Source: Acidobacteriota bacterium
GTDB lineage: Bacteria; Acidobacteriota; UBA890; WLXD01
Reading direction: 5' to 3'
DNA length: 64,000 bases
NCBI GenBank assembly: GCA_965248695.1
Contig: CBDFKD010000002.1
Location: forward strand, 5,056,001-5,120,000
Shown here: positions 47,470 to 57,921 of the stretch, piece by piece
Layout of the letters: every line of letters starts with the position of its first letter
How positions within the stretch are numbered: position 1 is the first letter of the stretch
The notes under the pieces: generated by a model
Database searches by the model: none
Seen by the model: only the letters and a program-made list of their open reading frames with translations
Told to the model about the DNA's origin: nothing
Program-made: the position numbers and the translations under genes

Positions 47470-48127
47470 GACGCGCGCCGGCCCCTACACGCTGTTCCAC
47501 GGCAACAAGAATTATTCCTCGTGGTCGATGCGCGCCTGGTTGGCGCTGCGGCAGTCGGGATGCGACTTCGACGAGGTGGCGTTTCATCTGAGTTCCGAGG
47601 GCGTTCGAGACCGGATCGTCGAGCACTCTCCGTCCGCCAAGGTGCCCGCCCTGCGCCACGGTGACCTGACCATCTGGGACTCGCTGGCGATCACGGAGTA
47701 CCTGGCGGAGCGATTCCCGCACGCCGGGCTGTGGCCGTCGAAGGCGACCGATCGGGCGCGGGCCAGGTCAGTGGCCGCGGAGATGCACTCCGGCTTCGTC
47801 GCCTTGCGGGCTGCGATGCCGTTCAATTCCCGCCGTTCGAGCCCGGGCGTCGGCAGGCAACCGGGCGTTGCCGAGGACATCGGGCGGATCGCGGATATCT
47901 GGCGCCAGTGCCGCCAGCTGATGAAGGAAGGTGAGTTTCTTTTCGGTACCTACTCGGCGGCCGACATGAGCTTCGCGCCCGTAGTGAGCCGCTTCCGCAC
48001 CTACGCCGTCGATCTGGACGACATCTGTAGCCGATATGCGACGGCCGTTTGGGAGCATCCCCACGTCGTCGAATGGTGCGCCGCTGCAGCACGCGAAGAG
48101 TGGGTGGAGCCCGATCTCGACCTTTGA
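47459..48127 (+). CDS. glutathione S-transferase
   Basis: GNKNYSSWSMRAWL, SPS.KVP.L, WDSLAI.EYLAE, AEMHSGF..LR, AD..FAPVV.RF.TY. Confidence 0.95.
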   Translation: MATETRAGPYTLFHGNKNYSSWSMRAWLALRQSGCDFDEVAFHLSSEGVRDRIVEHSPSAKVPALRHGDLTIWDSLAITEYLAERFPHAGLWPSKATDRARARSVAAEMHSGFVALRAAMPFNSRRSSPGVGRQPGVAEDIGRIADIWRQCRQLMKEGEFLFGTYSAADMSFAPVVSRFRTYAVDLDDICSRYATAVWEHPHVVEWCAAAAREEWVEPDLDL

Positions 48128-48132
48128 GGCCA

Positions 48133-51027
48133 CTAGGGGACCGAGCCCCGATCCCAGGCACCGTGCTGCTTCTCGAGAAAAGGCACGCCCTCCACCATCC
48201 AGGCCGGTGCCGGCGAACCCGTCAGATGGTGATCGAAGAACTCCAGCATGCGGACGGCCAGGTCGCGACGGTTCGCCAGATTTGCGAGGCTGTGTCCCTC
48301 GTCGGGATACGACAGCAGGATGACGTTCTTGTTGTTAAACCGCAGGCCGTTGTAGAGCTGGATCGCCTCCATGATCCCGACCACTCCGTCGGCGGTGCCG
48401 TGCATGAGTAGCAGCGGCATGTCCATGGCGCGGACATGGTTGGTCGGGGACTCCCGCCAGTAGAGCTCTCGATCGTCATAGGGGTTGGTGCCCAAGCGCC
48501 CCTGCTGGTAGTAGTCGTAGCGATGCGCATTCTCGCCGGTGCCGTTCATGTTCGTCGGGGTCCAGCCCCACATGTGGTTGAAGTCGGCGAGCAGATCGGT
48601 CGCGGCCGCACCGGCCGCGATGGCGGCGAACAACTTCGAGGTGCCGGCGATGTAGGCGGACCCCTGGCCGCTGAAGCTGTGTCCGAGCAGACCGATCCGG
48701 TCGGGGTCCGCATATCCCATCTCGATGACCTCGCGGGTCGCCGCCTCGACACACTCGAGCATGTCGGCGTGGGTGTTGCCGGTGCGGAAATGGATGTCGG
48801 GCTGCATCACCAGGTATCCCTTGCTCACCGCCTCGATCAACGGCGCCCCGAACCCGGTGACGTATCGCGGGGGAACGTGGCGATGGAGGTTCTGGGAGTT
48901 CTTCTCGTAGAAATTCACCAGCATGGGCCGTCGCTCGCCGGCGACGTAGTCATCGGGAATGGCGAGGGTTCCCTGCAACCGGACCCCGTCTGCGTTGGTG
49001 TAGTCGAACAGGAGCCGCCGGCCCCAGCGGTACTCTGACTGCCACGGGTTGGCATCGGTGATCCTCTCCAGGTCGGCGAAGCTGCCGTCGCTGGCGTACA
49101 GATCGGGAAACTCCTGGAACGTTTCACGGGACACCAGATATATGTCAGTGCTCCGTGCTTTCAGCGGTCGGCCGAAGCGTCGGTCGTCAAACACCAGCTC
49201 CCGCAGCTCACCGTCGGAGAGTCGAAAGAAGCCCGCCTGCTTCGACCACTGCCCGTACGCGGACAGCAGGAGCGGCTTGCGGAGGTCGACGGTCAGCGCA
49301 CTGTCGTCCGTGCGGACATGGCGGAACCGGATCTCCCGAGCGTCGCCCTGGCCGCCGGTGAGGTTGACCGCCGGGGCGCCGTCGAGTGGTTGCTGCCAGA
49401 GATCGTAGCGGTGATTGAGCAGCACCGAGGAACCGTCCTCGGTCCAGCCGGCGACCCCGTACGGTGGCGGAGTGTCGGGGTAGTCGTGCTCCTGGTTGAC
49501 GAAGCTCACCGGCGCACTGACGGTGAGGTTCCGCGTTCGCCCCGAATCGAGCTCGTAGAGCCACAGATGTGCGTCGTTCCAGTACAGGAAATAACGACCG
49601 TCAGGCGACAGCCCAAGGGTCAGCTTGTGCCCCCGCAACATCAGCGTGCGATCGCCCGTTCCTGTGTCGACGCGATAGTAGTCGGCTTGCCGCTCTTTCC
49701 AGTCCGAGACGTAGGCGCGGTCGTCGACGCCTACCCCCCATCTGCCGTCACGGCTGATGGTGATGCGGCGCATGGTCTCGTCGGTGAGAGCAATGACGCG
49801 TTCGCCATCGAGGGCCACGGCGGCGCGGTAGGTGAAGTCACGATCCCGTTGCGCCTGCATCATCTGTACCGACTGGATGCGCTCGTCCTGCACGTGCCAG
49901 ACATCGACGTTGGCAACTCGATCGGGATGCTCCGGTTCCTCGACCACGTCCTCCTGCTCGTCGAGCCCGAAGAACACCCGTCCGAGGTCGGCACTCCATG
50001 CGATCGCCGCCCGCTCGCTGATCACCATTCCGTCCGGGAAAGAGTCGATGAACGTCGGATCCAGCTCCGAAACGATCGGGGAACCGCCGTGATCGGTGGA
50101 GGCTTCGAGCTGGCGTACGGCTAGCAGAATGTTGTGACGCTGGGCGTGGCCGTCGGGCTTGTTGCCCTTGAGCACTGCCAACGCGCTTCCGTCGATGTTC
50201 CAGGTGAGCCTGGCATAGGTGCGTGCATCGTTATCGAGCGGCGTCAGCACGCGGCTGTCGAGGGCGATCGCGTACAGCCCATTGCCGGCCTGATCGGCCG
50301 CGTCGACCGTATATGCGAGCCATTGAGCAGCGGCCTCCGATCGCGGCCCCTCTGCGTCGCCGGCACGCTGCCGGTTGAAGGCGAACTCGTTGACGCTCCC
50401 GATGAGCTGTTCAGTGCCGAGATCCAGGTCCCGGAGCACGAGATCCGCCCCCTGGTGGTCGGCATCACGGTCGGTCGGCACCTTCTTGACAGCCAGAAAC
50501 CCGGAGCCGACAGCAAACTGGAAGTCCCGGGCGTTCGACCAGGTGACGCGTTCGCCGGACGCGAGATTCAATAGCTGCACCTGACGGGGTCTCGTGGCCT
50601 GTCGGCGTCTCGGCTGGCTGGGTTGTTCGTGCGCCGGGTCCACGAAGTAAGCAGCCCAGCGCGAGTCGTCGGAGAACTGTGCCGACGAGCCCCGCTGTAC
50701 CTCGAACTCGGTGTCTTCGCCGAGCGCCTTCAGGTGCAAGGTCACGCCGGGGTCGAGGGTGTTCAGCTTGCGATAACCATAGGTCACCCACTTGCCATCG
50801 TCAGAGATCGCGGCGCCGGTGAGTCGACGCCAGCGCTCGTAATCATTGGAATCCAGGACTTTCTTGCCGGACCGCTCGAGGCCGGCATCCTGCGGTAGCG
50901 GTCTGGGTCCGGTAGTGGCCTCTAGCAGGGCTGTCTGCAGCGTGAGGGCGGCCACCAGAGCGAGCGTGATCGAGGCGGCGAGACCGCCGCGGAAGCTGAA
51001 GTATCGAGCGCCAGTAGCAATGTGCAT
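48133..51027 (-). CDS. S9-family (prolyl oligopeptidase/acylaminoacyl) peptidase, exported
   Basis: Signal peptide, propeller repeats (S.DG), GLLGHSFSG nucleophile, MHG.ADG.V, YP.EGHSL. Confidence 0.93.
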   Translation of the reverse strand: MHIATGARYFSFRGGLAASITLALVAALTLQTALLEATTGPRPLPQDAGLERSGKKVLDSNDYERWRRLTGAAISDDGKWVTYGYRKLNTLDPGVTLHLKALGEDTEFEVQRGSSAQFSDDSRWAAYFVDPAHEQPSQPRRRQATRPRQVQLLNLASGERVTWSNARDFQFAVGSGFLAVKKVPTDRDADHQGADLVLRDLDLGTEQLIGSVNEFAFNRQRAGDAEGPRSEAAAQWLAYTVDAADQAGNGLYAIALDSRVLTPLDNDARTYARLTWNIDGSALAVLKGNKPDGHAQRHNILLAVRQLEASTDHGGSPIVSELDPTFIDSFPDGMVISERAAIAWSADLGRVFFGLDEQEDVVEEPEHPDRVANVDVWHVQDERIQSVQMMQAQRDRDFTYRAAVALDGERVIALTDETMRRITISRDGRWGVGVDDRAYVSDWKERQADYYRVDTGTGDRTLMLRGHKLTLGLSPDGRYFLYWNDAHLWLYELDSGRTRNLTVSAPVSFVNQEHDYPDTPPPYGVAGWTEDGSSVLLNHRYDLWQQPLDGAPAVNLTGGQGDAREIRFRHVRTDDSALTVDLRKPLLLSAYGQWSKQAGFFRLSDGELRELVFDDRRFGRPLKARSTDIYLVSRETFQEFPDLYASDGSFADLERITDANPWQSEYRWGRRLLFDYTNADGVRLQGTLAIPDDYVAGERRPMLVNFYEKNSQNLHRHVPPRYVTGFGAPLIEAVSKGYLVMQPDIHFRTGNTHADMLECVEAATREVIEMGYADPDRIGLLGHSFSGQGSAYIAGTSKLFAAIAAGAAATDLLADFNHMWGWTPTNMNGTGENAHRYDYYQQGRLGTNPYDDRELYWRESPTNHVRAMDMPLLLMHGTADGVVGIMEAIQLYNGLRFNNKNVILLSYPDEGHSLANLANRRDLAVRMLEFFDHHLTGSPAPAWMVEGVPFLEKQHGAWDRGSVP

Positions 51028-51253
51028 TTGACCAACATCCTCGGACGGGAGAAACGTCGACTGAACCGTCCGCAGGGTCCGTGGGCGTCAAACATCTGTC
51101 AAGAGCGCGACCCCGCCGTTTCGATGCTGTCGGCGATGGGGCGAAATGACCCGCGCCAGATTGCCTCGTATTTGGGCAGCGGGTACTCTCTGGCGCGATG
51201 CGAAGCGCTTGCCGTACCCGGCGAGCCTCCCTACAGCCCTCACCCTCTTTCGC

Positions 51254-52492
51254 ATGTCACTGAAGCTGTTCCGCGAAGCCCTGGCAGGTCGCGAGCGATT
51301 GCCGCGCATGTGGCGTCAGCACGCCCTCAAGGATAGCTACGACGCGGTCATCATCGGCGGTGGCGCCCACGGCCTCGCCTGCGCCTATTACCTCGCCAAG
51401 GACCACGGCCTGACCGACGTTGCGGTAGTGGAGAAGACCTATATCGGCTCGGGGGGCAGCGGCCGCAATACGGCCATAGTTCGCAGCAACTATCTGACCC
51501 CGGAAGGGGTGCGCTTCTACGATGCCAGCCTCAAGCTCTACGAGGGTCTGGCCCGAGACCTCGATTTCAACGTCATGCTGGGCCAGCGCGGCCATCTCAC
51601 GCTGGCGCACAGCGACTCGTCGGTGATCACCATGCGTCGCCGCGCCGAGACCAACAAACTCGTCGGGGTCGACTCGCGGCTGATCTTCCCCGGCGAGATT
51701 GCCAAGCTGTGCCCCGAGCTGGACCTGAGCGATCGGCCGCGGTACCCGATACTGGCTGCGCTCTATCACCCACCCGGCGGCATTATCCGGCACGATGCCG
51801 TGGTGTGGGGCTACGCACACCAGGCCGATGCACGGGGTGTGCACATCCACCAGAACACCGCGGCAACCGGGATCGATATCGCCGATGGCAAGGTCACAGC
51901 TGTCCAGACCACCCAGGGTCGGATCAAGACGGGTACGGTCCTCAACGCGACCGCCGGCTGGGGGGCGATCATCTCGGATATGGCGGGCGTCAAGCTGCCC
52001 ATGACGACCCGTCCGCTGCAGGCGTTCGTTACCGAGCCGTTGAAGCCGTTCCTCAACGTGGTGATCGTTTCCGGGAGCTTGCACGCCTACGTCAGCCAGT
52101 CCGACCGCGGCGAGCTGGTATGCGGCGGCAGCGTCGACCCGTACGCGTCCTATTCGATGAACTCTTCGCTCGATTTCATGGAAGGCCTGGCTGGCCATCT
52201 GCTGGCGCTGTTTCCGTGTCTGCCGAAGGTGAGTGTTCTGCGCCAGTGGGCCGGCCTATGCGACATGACGCCCGACTACAGTCCGATCATGGGCAAGACG
52301 CCGGTCGAGGGATTCCACATCGATCTCGGTTGGGGCACCTACGGGTTCAAGGCATCGCCTATCTGCGGCAAGACGCTCGCGGAGCTGCTGGCGACGGGTC
52401 GGACGCCCGACCTGATCCGGCCGTTCCGGCTATCCCGCTTTGCCGAGCACAACTTGGTCGGAGAAGGCGGCGCCGCCTCGGTCGGACACTGA
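51254..52492 (+). CDS. soxB: sarcosine oxidase beta / N-methylglutamate dehydrogenase MgdA-like flavoprotein
   Basis: IIGGGAHGLA.AYYLA, GRNTAIVRSNY, RHDAV.WGYA, LRQWAG..DMTPD.SPI, GWGT.GFKA. Confidence 0.9.
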   Translation: MSLKLFREALAGRERLPRMWRQHALKDSYDAVIIGGGAHGLACAYYLAKDHGLTDVAVVEKTYIGSGGSGRNTAIVRSNYLTPEGVRFYDASLKLYEGLARDLDFNVMLGQRGHLTLAHSDSSVITMRRRAETNKLVGVDSRLIFPGEIAKLCPELDLSDRPRYPILAALYHPPGGIIRHDAVVWGYAHQADARGVHIHQNTAATGIDIADGKVTAVQTTQGRIKTGTVLNATAGWGAIISDMAGVKLPMTTRPLQAFVTEPLKPFLNVVIVSGSLHAYVSQSDRGELVCGGSVDPYASYSMNSSLDFMEGLAGHLLALFPCLPKVSVLRQWAGLCDMTPDYSPIMGKTPVEGFHIDLGWGTYGFKASPICGKTLAELLATGRTPDLIRPFRLSRFAEHNLVGEGGAASVGH

Positions 52493-52514
52493 TGCGTCGG
52501 AGCTGGAGGACCCT

Positions 52515-52817
52515 GTGCTGCTGCTGACCTGCCCCAACTGCGGCCCCAGAAACGTGAGCGAGTTTCGCTTCGGCAACGAGTACAACCCGCGCCCGGCAGA
52601 CCCCGCCGCCGTAACGGAAGCCGAGTGGGTCGACTATCTCCATCTGCGCAACAACAAGGTCGGCGTGCAGAAGGAGTGGTGGCACCACGGAACCGGCTGC
52701 GGTCTGTGGCTCCTGGCGGAGCGAGACACCAAGACCGGTGTGGTGTTGCGCACCTATCTCTGGTCCGACGCCGACGCGAATACGGATACGCAGTCAGACA
52801 CCGGGGCAGAGTCGTGA
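52515..52817 (+). CDS. soxD: sarcosine oxidase delta / MgdB-like
   Basis: CPNCGPR..SEF, W.DYL..R.N..G...E.W.H..GC..W....RDT. GGAGGA SD. Confidence 0.92.
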   Translation: MLLLTCPNCGPRNVSEFRFGNEYNPRPADPAAVTEAEWVDYLHLRNNKVGVQKEWWHHGTGCGLWLLAERDTKTGVVLRTYLWSDADANTDTQSDTGAES

Positions 52818-55711
52818 AGCGTCTGCCCGAGGGCGGCACGTCGATCGATCGATCCTCGAGCCTGCAGTTCACCTTCGATGGCAAGAAGGTCGAAGCGCAT
52901 CCGGGCGACACCGTCGGCTCGGCGCTGGCCGCCTCGGGAGTCCGGGTTGTCAGCCGCTCGTTCAAATACCACCGTCCACGCGGCCTGCTGTGCTGTTCCG
53001 GGCATTGCCCGAACTGTCTCGTTCAGATCGGTGATGAGCCCAACGTTCGCGCCTGTATGCGGCCGGTTGAGAGTGGGCTGCAAGTCCGTTCGCAAAACGC
53101 CTGGCCGTCGCTACGATTCGACCTGCTTTCGCTGAGTCGGTTCACCTCGCGCTTCATGCCGGCCGGTTTCTATTACAAGACCTTCATCCGGCCGAAGTGG
53201 TTGTGGCCGTTCTACGAGCATGTGCTCCGCAATGCCGCCGGTCTCGGCGTTGTCGATCCCGACACACCGAGAGGCCGATACGACAAGCAGTATCGCCATG
53301 CCGATGTCGTCGTGAGCGGCGGTGGACCTGCCGGAATCAGTGCGGCACATGCCGCCGGTGCAAGCGGCGCGCGAGTGCTGTTGATCGACGACAACACCGA
53401 GCTTGGCGGGCATCTCAGGTTTGCCGGGGTATCGTCGGACCCCGACGGCGAGGTGGAGCGGCGTCGCACCGAGCTCGATGGCATGGACAACGTCGAAGTG
53501 CTGACAGACACGTCCGTGCTCGGCTGGTACCGCAGCGACTGGCTGGCCGCCAAGACCGGGAACCGGCTGCTCAAGATTCGCCTGCGTTCGCTGGTGGCGG
53601 CGACGGGCGCTTTCGAGCGTCCGCTCCAGTTCGACAACAACGACTTGCCCGGAGTGATGCTCGGCGGCGCCGTGCGCCGCCTACTCCACCAGTTCGGCGT
53701 CGTCGCCGGCCGGCGTGCCGTGGTGGTCGCGGCGAATGACGACGGTTGGGACGTTGCCGCCGATTTGCGCGCTGCAGGGGTGGAGATTGCTGCCATCGTC
53801 GAAGAGCGCGCCGCAGGGATCTGTGCCAGTCGGAATGCCGACTCCCTGATCGCGGCTGGGGTGCCCGTTCACCATCAGCACACGGTGGTCAAAGCTACCG
53901 GGTCAAACTGCGTCAGTTCGACCACCATCGCCCAGGTAGGCGACGGCGACGCAGTGAACGGAGATTCCTACAAGACGATCAACTGTGACCTGCTGGTCAT
54001 CAGCGCCGGCTGGACACCGGACACCGACCTGACTCATCTGGCAGGCGGCAAGACACGCTACGATGCGGATCGTGCCGAGATGTTGCCGACCGAGCTGCCG
54101 ACCCATCTTCAGGTCGTCGGCCGTGCCGCCGGTACCCACGATCTGCACACGCAGCTCCTGGAAGGGGAGCTTGCCGGCCAAGCGGCGGCCCACGAGCTAG
54201 GGTTCGGCTCGCCACCGGATAGCGCCGGACTGGCGGAGCTGCACCGACTCAAGAACACCGAGCCGCAGCGTAGCTCGGCTCGCGTGACGATTCCTGGAGG
54301 CGCCACCAAGAAGCGGTTCGTATGTCTGTGCGAGGACGTTACCGAGGAGGACATCCTCGCGACGATCGCCGAAGGCTACGACAGCATGCAGCTGCTCAAG
54401 CGCTACAGCACCGTATCGATGGGACCGTGTCAGGGAAAGATGTGCTCGATGGCGGCGATTCAGATCTGCGCCCGCGAGACCGGTCGTTCGATTCCGGAAA
54501 CCGGCACGACAACCTCGAGGCCGCCGGCAACGCCTGTTTCGTTGGGGGCCCTGGCGGGACAGGAGATGGACCCCGTTCAGCTCGGCGCGCTGCACGACTG
54601 GCACCTGGCCAACGGCGGCAAGTCGATGGTCGCGGGGCAGTGGATTCGCGCCGAGCACTACGGGGACGCGGTTGCGGAAGTGAGGGCGGTGCGCGAGGCC
54701 GTGGGCCTGATCGATGTCAGCTCGCTCGGGAAGCTTCGTTTGACCGGTCCGGGCGTTCCGGATCTGTTGCAGCGCGTCTACATCAACAAGTGGCGAAAGC
54801 TCGGCGTCGGCCAGTCGCGCTACGGTGTGATGTGCAACGACGAGGGCATCGTTCTGGACGATGGCGTGTGCGCCCGCGTGGGAGAGCAGGAGTGGTACAT
54901 GAGCACGACGTCCTCCGGCGCCACCGGCATGTACGACTGGATGCAGTGGTGGATTCAGTCGGGCTGGGGGGAGGGGATCCACCTGACCAACGTCACCGAG
55001 GCCTACGCGGCGATGAACCTGGCAGGTCCGCGTACGCGCGACGTCCTGTCTGCGCTCACTGACATCGACCTGAGCGATGCTGCGTTCCCCTACATGGCGG
55101 TACGCAGCGGCGATGTCGCCGGTGTCCCGTGTCGCCTCCTGCGCATCGGTTTCACCGGCGAACTGTCGTACGAGATTCACTGCCCTTCGGGCCACGCCCT
55201 GCATCTGTGGGAGGCTTTGATTGACGCCGGCCAGCCCCACGGTCTGAAGCCGTTCGGGGTCGAAGCACAGCGCGTTCTCCGACTAGAAAAGGGCCATATC
55301 ATCGTCGGCCACGATACCGACGGTCTGACCGACCCGATCATGGCGAACATGGAATGGGCCGTGAAGCTGGATAAGTCGGACTTCCTCGGCATGCGCCATC
55401 TGAGCCGGGTCGCCAAGCACGGGCCGCGGGAGCGCCTGGTGGGCTTCAAGGTTCCGCCCGGTGGCACCAAGCCTGAGGAAGGAATGCAGATCGTGGCGGC
55501 GAGCAACGGCCAGCCGCAGGTGATCGGCTGGGTTACGTCCTGTCGCCTTAGCCCGACGCTCGGTGAGGTCATCGGCCTGTGCTGGCTGCCCGCCGAGCTG
55601 GGGGATCGCAACGGCGCCGAATTCACCATCCACATCGATGGACGATCGCAGGTGGCCAGTGTTTGGCACGGCGCCTTCTACGACCCCGAGGGCAAGAGGT
55701 TGCGACCGTGA
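52814..55711 (+). CDS. soxA: sarcosine oxidase alpha / MgdC-like (Fe-S, FAD/NAD, GcvT domains)
   Basis: GDT..SAL.A, RSFKYHRPRG, CCSGHCPNC, GFYYKTF, GGGPAG, CLCEDVT, GPCQGK.C, DVSSLGK, GFTGELSYEI, LRLEKG, FYDPEG. Confidence 0.93.
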   Translation: MKRLPEGGTSIDRSSSLQFTFDGKKVEAHPGDTVGSALAASGVRVVSRSFKYHRPRGLLCCSGHCPNCLVQIGDEPNVRACMRPVESGLQVRSQNAWPSLRFDLLSLSRFTSRFMPAGFYYKTFIRPKWLWPFYEHVLRNAAGLGVVDPDTPRGRYDKQYRHADVVVSGGGPAGISAAHAAGASGARVLLIDDNTELGGHLRFAGVSSDPDGEVERRRTELDGMDNVEVLTDTSVLGWYRSDWLAAKTGNRLLKIRLRSLVAATGAFERPLQFDNNDLPGVMLGGAVRRLLHQFGVVAGRRAVVVAANDDGWDVAADLRAAGVEIAAIVEERAAGICASRNADSLIAAGVPVHHQHTVVKATGSNCVSSTTIAQVGDGDAVNGDSYKTINCDLLVISAGWTPDTDLTHLAGGKTRYDADRAEMLPTELPTHLQVVGRAAGTHDLHTQLLEGELAGQAAAHELGFGSPPDSAGLAELHRLKNTEPQRSSARVTIPGGATKKRFVCLCEDVTEEDILATIAEGYDSMQLLKRYSTVSMGPCQGKMCSMAAIQICARETGRSIPETGTTTSRPPATPVSLGALAGQEMDPVQLGALHDWHLANGGKSMVAGQWIRAEHYGDAVAEVRAVREAVGLIDVSSLGKLRLTGPGVPDLLQRVYINKWRKLGVGQSRYGVMCNDEGIVLDDGVCARVGEQEWYMSTTSSGATGMYDWMQWWIQSGWGEGIHLTNVTEAYAAMNLAGPRTRDVLSALTDIDLSDAAFPYMAVRSGDVAGVPCRLLRIGFTGELSYEIHCPSGHALHLWEALIDAGQPHGLKPFGVEAQRVLRLEKGHIIVGHDTDGLTDPIMANMEWAVKLDKSDFLGMRHLSRVAKHGPRERLVGFKVPPGGTKPEEGMQIVAASNGQPQVIGWVTSCRLSPTLGEVIGLCWLPAELGDRNGAEFTIHIDGRSQVASVWHGAFYDPEGKRLRP

Positions 55712-56415
55712 GCGCCGCCCGTCCGCGGCTACTGACACCTCTATATGGCGTTGCCGTGCGTCTCGGGGCACAGTTCGCCGATGGCGGGGCTGGCTGGCAG
55801 ATTCCCGCGAGCTACGGCGATTCGGCGGCCGAGGCCTCCGCAGTGCGAGACCGACTCGGGATCGCCGACGTCTCGGCGGATGGCAACCTGCGAATCGAGG
55901 GGGCCGCTGCCGAGGCGGTGCTGGGAACAGCATATGGACTGCGGGTGCCGGAAATCGGCGAGAGCGCCGCGCTCGGCGAGGGGCGCTGCTATCGCGTACG
56001 CACGGACCTGTTCGTGGTCACGACCCCGCCGGGCGCCGAAGGGGCGGTGGACGATGCGATCGGCTCAGCCGCGCAGGCGGCGGATCAACGGGTCACGGTG
56101 ACCGTGATGACCCATGGACAGGCCAACATCCGTATAATCGGTGCGCGCGTGACCGAGTTGATGAGCAAGCTGTGCGGCCTGGACTTCGGCCCCGCAGCAT
56201 TCCCGAACGGAGCGGTCAGGCGGACGAGCTTTGCCAAGACGGGGCAGCTGATCATTCGTCGCGACCTGGACCGACTCCCCGCCTTTCTGGTGATCGGGGC
56301 TCGGTCAGCTGCACCCTACGTTTGGGAGACGATCATGGAGGCCGGCGAGGAATATGGCATCACGCCAATCGGGCGGGATGCGCTGGCCGCCATCGCTTCA
56401 GACAGCATCGCTTAA
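55708..56415 (+). CDS. soxG: sarcosine oxidase gamma / MgdD-like
   Basis: Short GcvT-like fold: KLCGLD, F..G....T.FAK, RS.A.Y.W..I..AG.EYG. Overlaps the soxA stop. Confidence 0.85.
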   Translation: MSAARPRLLTPLYGVAVRLGAQFADGGAGWQIPASYGDSAAEASAVRDRLGIADVSADGNLRIEGAAAEAVLGTAYGLRVPEIGESAALGEGRCYRVRTDLFVVTTPPGAEGAVDDAIGSAAQAADQRVTVTVMTHGQANIRIIGARVTELMSKLCGLDFGPAAFPNGAVRRTSFAKTGQLIIRRDLDRLPAFLVIGARSAAPYVWETIMEAGEEYGITPIGRDALAAIASDSIA

Positions 56416-56435
56416 GACAGTACTGAGAGGGGAAC

Positions 56436-57899
56436 ATGACTGATCTTGAAACTTATGTTCGTGCCGACGGCCGCGACGAGTTGGTCAGGGAAGTTCGCAA
56501 GCAGATCGACGCGCTGGGGATCGAGTACATCTACTACCAGTTCGTATCCGTAACCGGGCGCATCGTCGGCAAGGGCGCCCCCGCGGATCACTGGGAGAAG
56601 TTCGCCGAGGATGGCTTCCAGCTGGTCTATGGCTCGACCGCGAACCTGTTCACCGATCGGCACGGCAACTACATTGGCTACGGGCCCGAATCGTCCGAGC
56701 TGGTTGGCATCCCAGATCCGGAGACCTTCGTGCAGTTGCCCTGGGAGAAGCGTATAGCGCGCGTCTTCTGTACTTGCTTCCGCAACCGCGAGGAACCAGA
56801 GAACGCCGGGGCCTTCCTGAGCTCGGACTGCCGCGGCAACGTGCGGCGTATCCACCGGCAATTCACCGCCGACCATGGGCTCGAGATGCGCGTGGGTACC
56901 GAGCCCGAGATGATGTGGTTGAAGAAGGGCGCCGACGGGCAGCCCGATGGCGGCGTCACTCGACCATTCTGCTACCACATCGATCAGTTCGAGACCCTAC
57001 GTCCGATCGTCCTGAAGGTGGTGGAATACAGCCGCGCGATGGGACTGGATATTATCCAGGGCGACCACGAAGACGCCCCTGGCCAGCTCGAGCTCAACTT
57101 CACCTACGACGATGCGCTCCGTACTTGTGATCGACTGACCACCTATCGGCAGATCTGCGCCGAGGTGGCCAAGCAGAACAACATGATCGCCTGCTTCATG
57201 TCGAAGCCGTTCATGGGCGTCTCGGCATCAGGTTGCCACCACAACGTCTCCCTGTGGCGCGGTGGCGAGAACACGGTCAAGGCGCTTGGACACGATCCGT
57301 TGCCCGGCATGGAGGACAGCTTCGTCCATCGTAAGGGCGGCGAGAACGTCTTCTTGCCCGATGCGGGGCAGCGTGTTCCATCCGAGCTCGGACTGCAGTG
57401 CCTGGGCGGACTCAAGGAGCATTTGCCAGCGTTGACGGCGATCGGCTGCTCGACAGTGAACTCGTACCGCCGCCTCTGTGAGACTGGCTTCTGGGCACCG
57501 ATCTTTGCCGACTGGGGATTCCAGAACCGTACCTGTGGCTTGCGGGTCTCGTCGCCCGATCGGTTCGAGTATCGCGCCGTCGACTCCATGGTGAATCCGT
57601 ACTTGATGGCGGCCGGAATCCTGAAGGCGTTCGACGACGGTATTCGGACCAAGGCAGACCCCGGTCCGCCGGAGGAGCGCAACATCTACGACGCCATCGA
57701 AGAAGGCAAGGAGGTGGTGAAGCTGCCCTTGTCGCTCGGTGCCGCCCTGGATACGCTTGCCGCGGACGAGGTCGTCAAGTCGGCGATGCCCGACGAGATG
57801 TACCGGGTCTTCATGCACTACAAGACCGATGAGTGGGAGCGTTTCCTCGCTCAAACCACTGAATGGGACCTCGAAAACTACTTGGACTGCTTGCCATAG
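56436..57899 (+). CDS. glutamine synthetase-like gamma-glutamyl-amine ligase (GmaS-like by context)
   Basis: G.EPE, DHEDAPGQLELNF, FMSKPF.G.SASG.HH, TVNSYRRL, NRT...R, EYR..D...NPYL. Confidence 0.85.
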   Translation: MTDLETYVRADGRDELVREVRKQIDALGIEYIYYQFVSVTGRIVGKGAPADHWEKFAEDGFQLVYGSTANLFTDRHGNYIGYGPESSELVGIPDPETFVQLPWEKRIARVFCTCFRNREEPENAGAFLSSDCRGNVRRIHRQFTADHGLEMRVGTEPEMMWLKKGADGQPDGGVTRPFCYHIDQFETLRPIVLKVVEYSRAMGLDIIQGDHEDAPGQLELNFTYDDALRTCDRLTTYRQICAEVAKQNNMIACFMSKPFMGVSASGCHHNVSLWRGGENTVKALGHDPLPGMEDSFVHRKGGENVFLPDAGQRVPSELGLQCLGGLKEHLPALTAIGCSTVNSYRRLCETGFWAPIFADWGFQNRTCGLRVSSPDRFEYRAVDSMVNPYLMAAGILKAFDDGIRTKADPGPPEERNIYDAIEEGKEVVKLPLSLGAALDTLAADEVVKSAMPDEMYRVFMHYKTDEWERFLAQTTEWDLENYLDCLP

Positions 57900-57921
57900 C
57901 TGTTGGCGGAGATAGCTAACG

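Noticed and set aside
48127-48136. AGGCCACTAG at the S9 peptidase stop, plus partial TIR matches at about 41600-41611 (thrS end), 50913-50928 and 32045-32055
   Set aside because: Matches of 10-16 bp with no accompanying hairpin module cannot be separated from chance by eye. Worth rescoring with a TIR profile.
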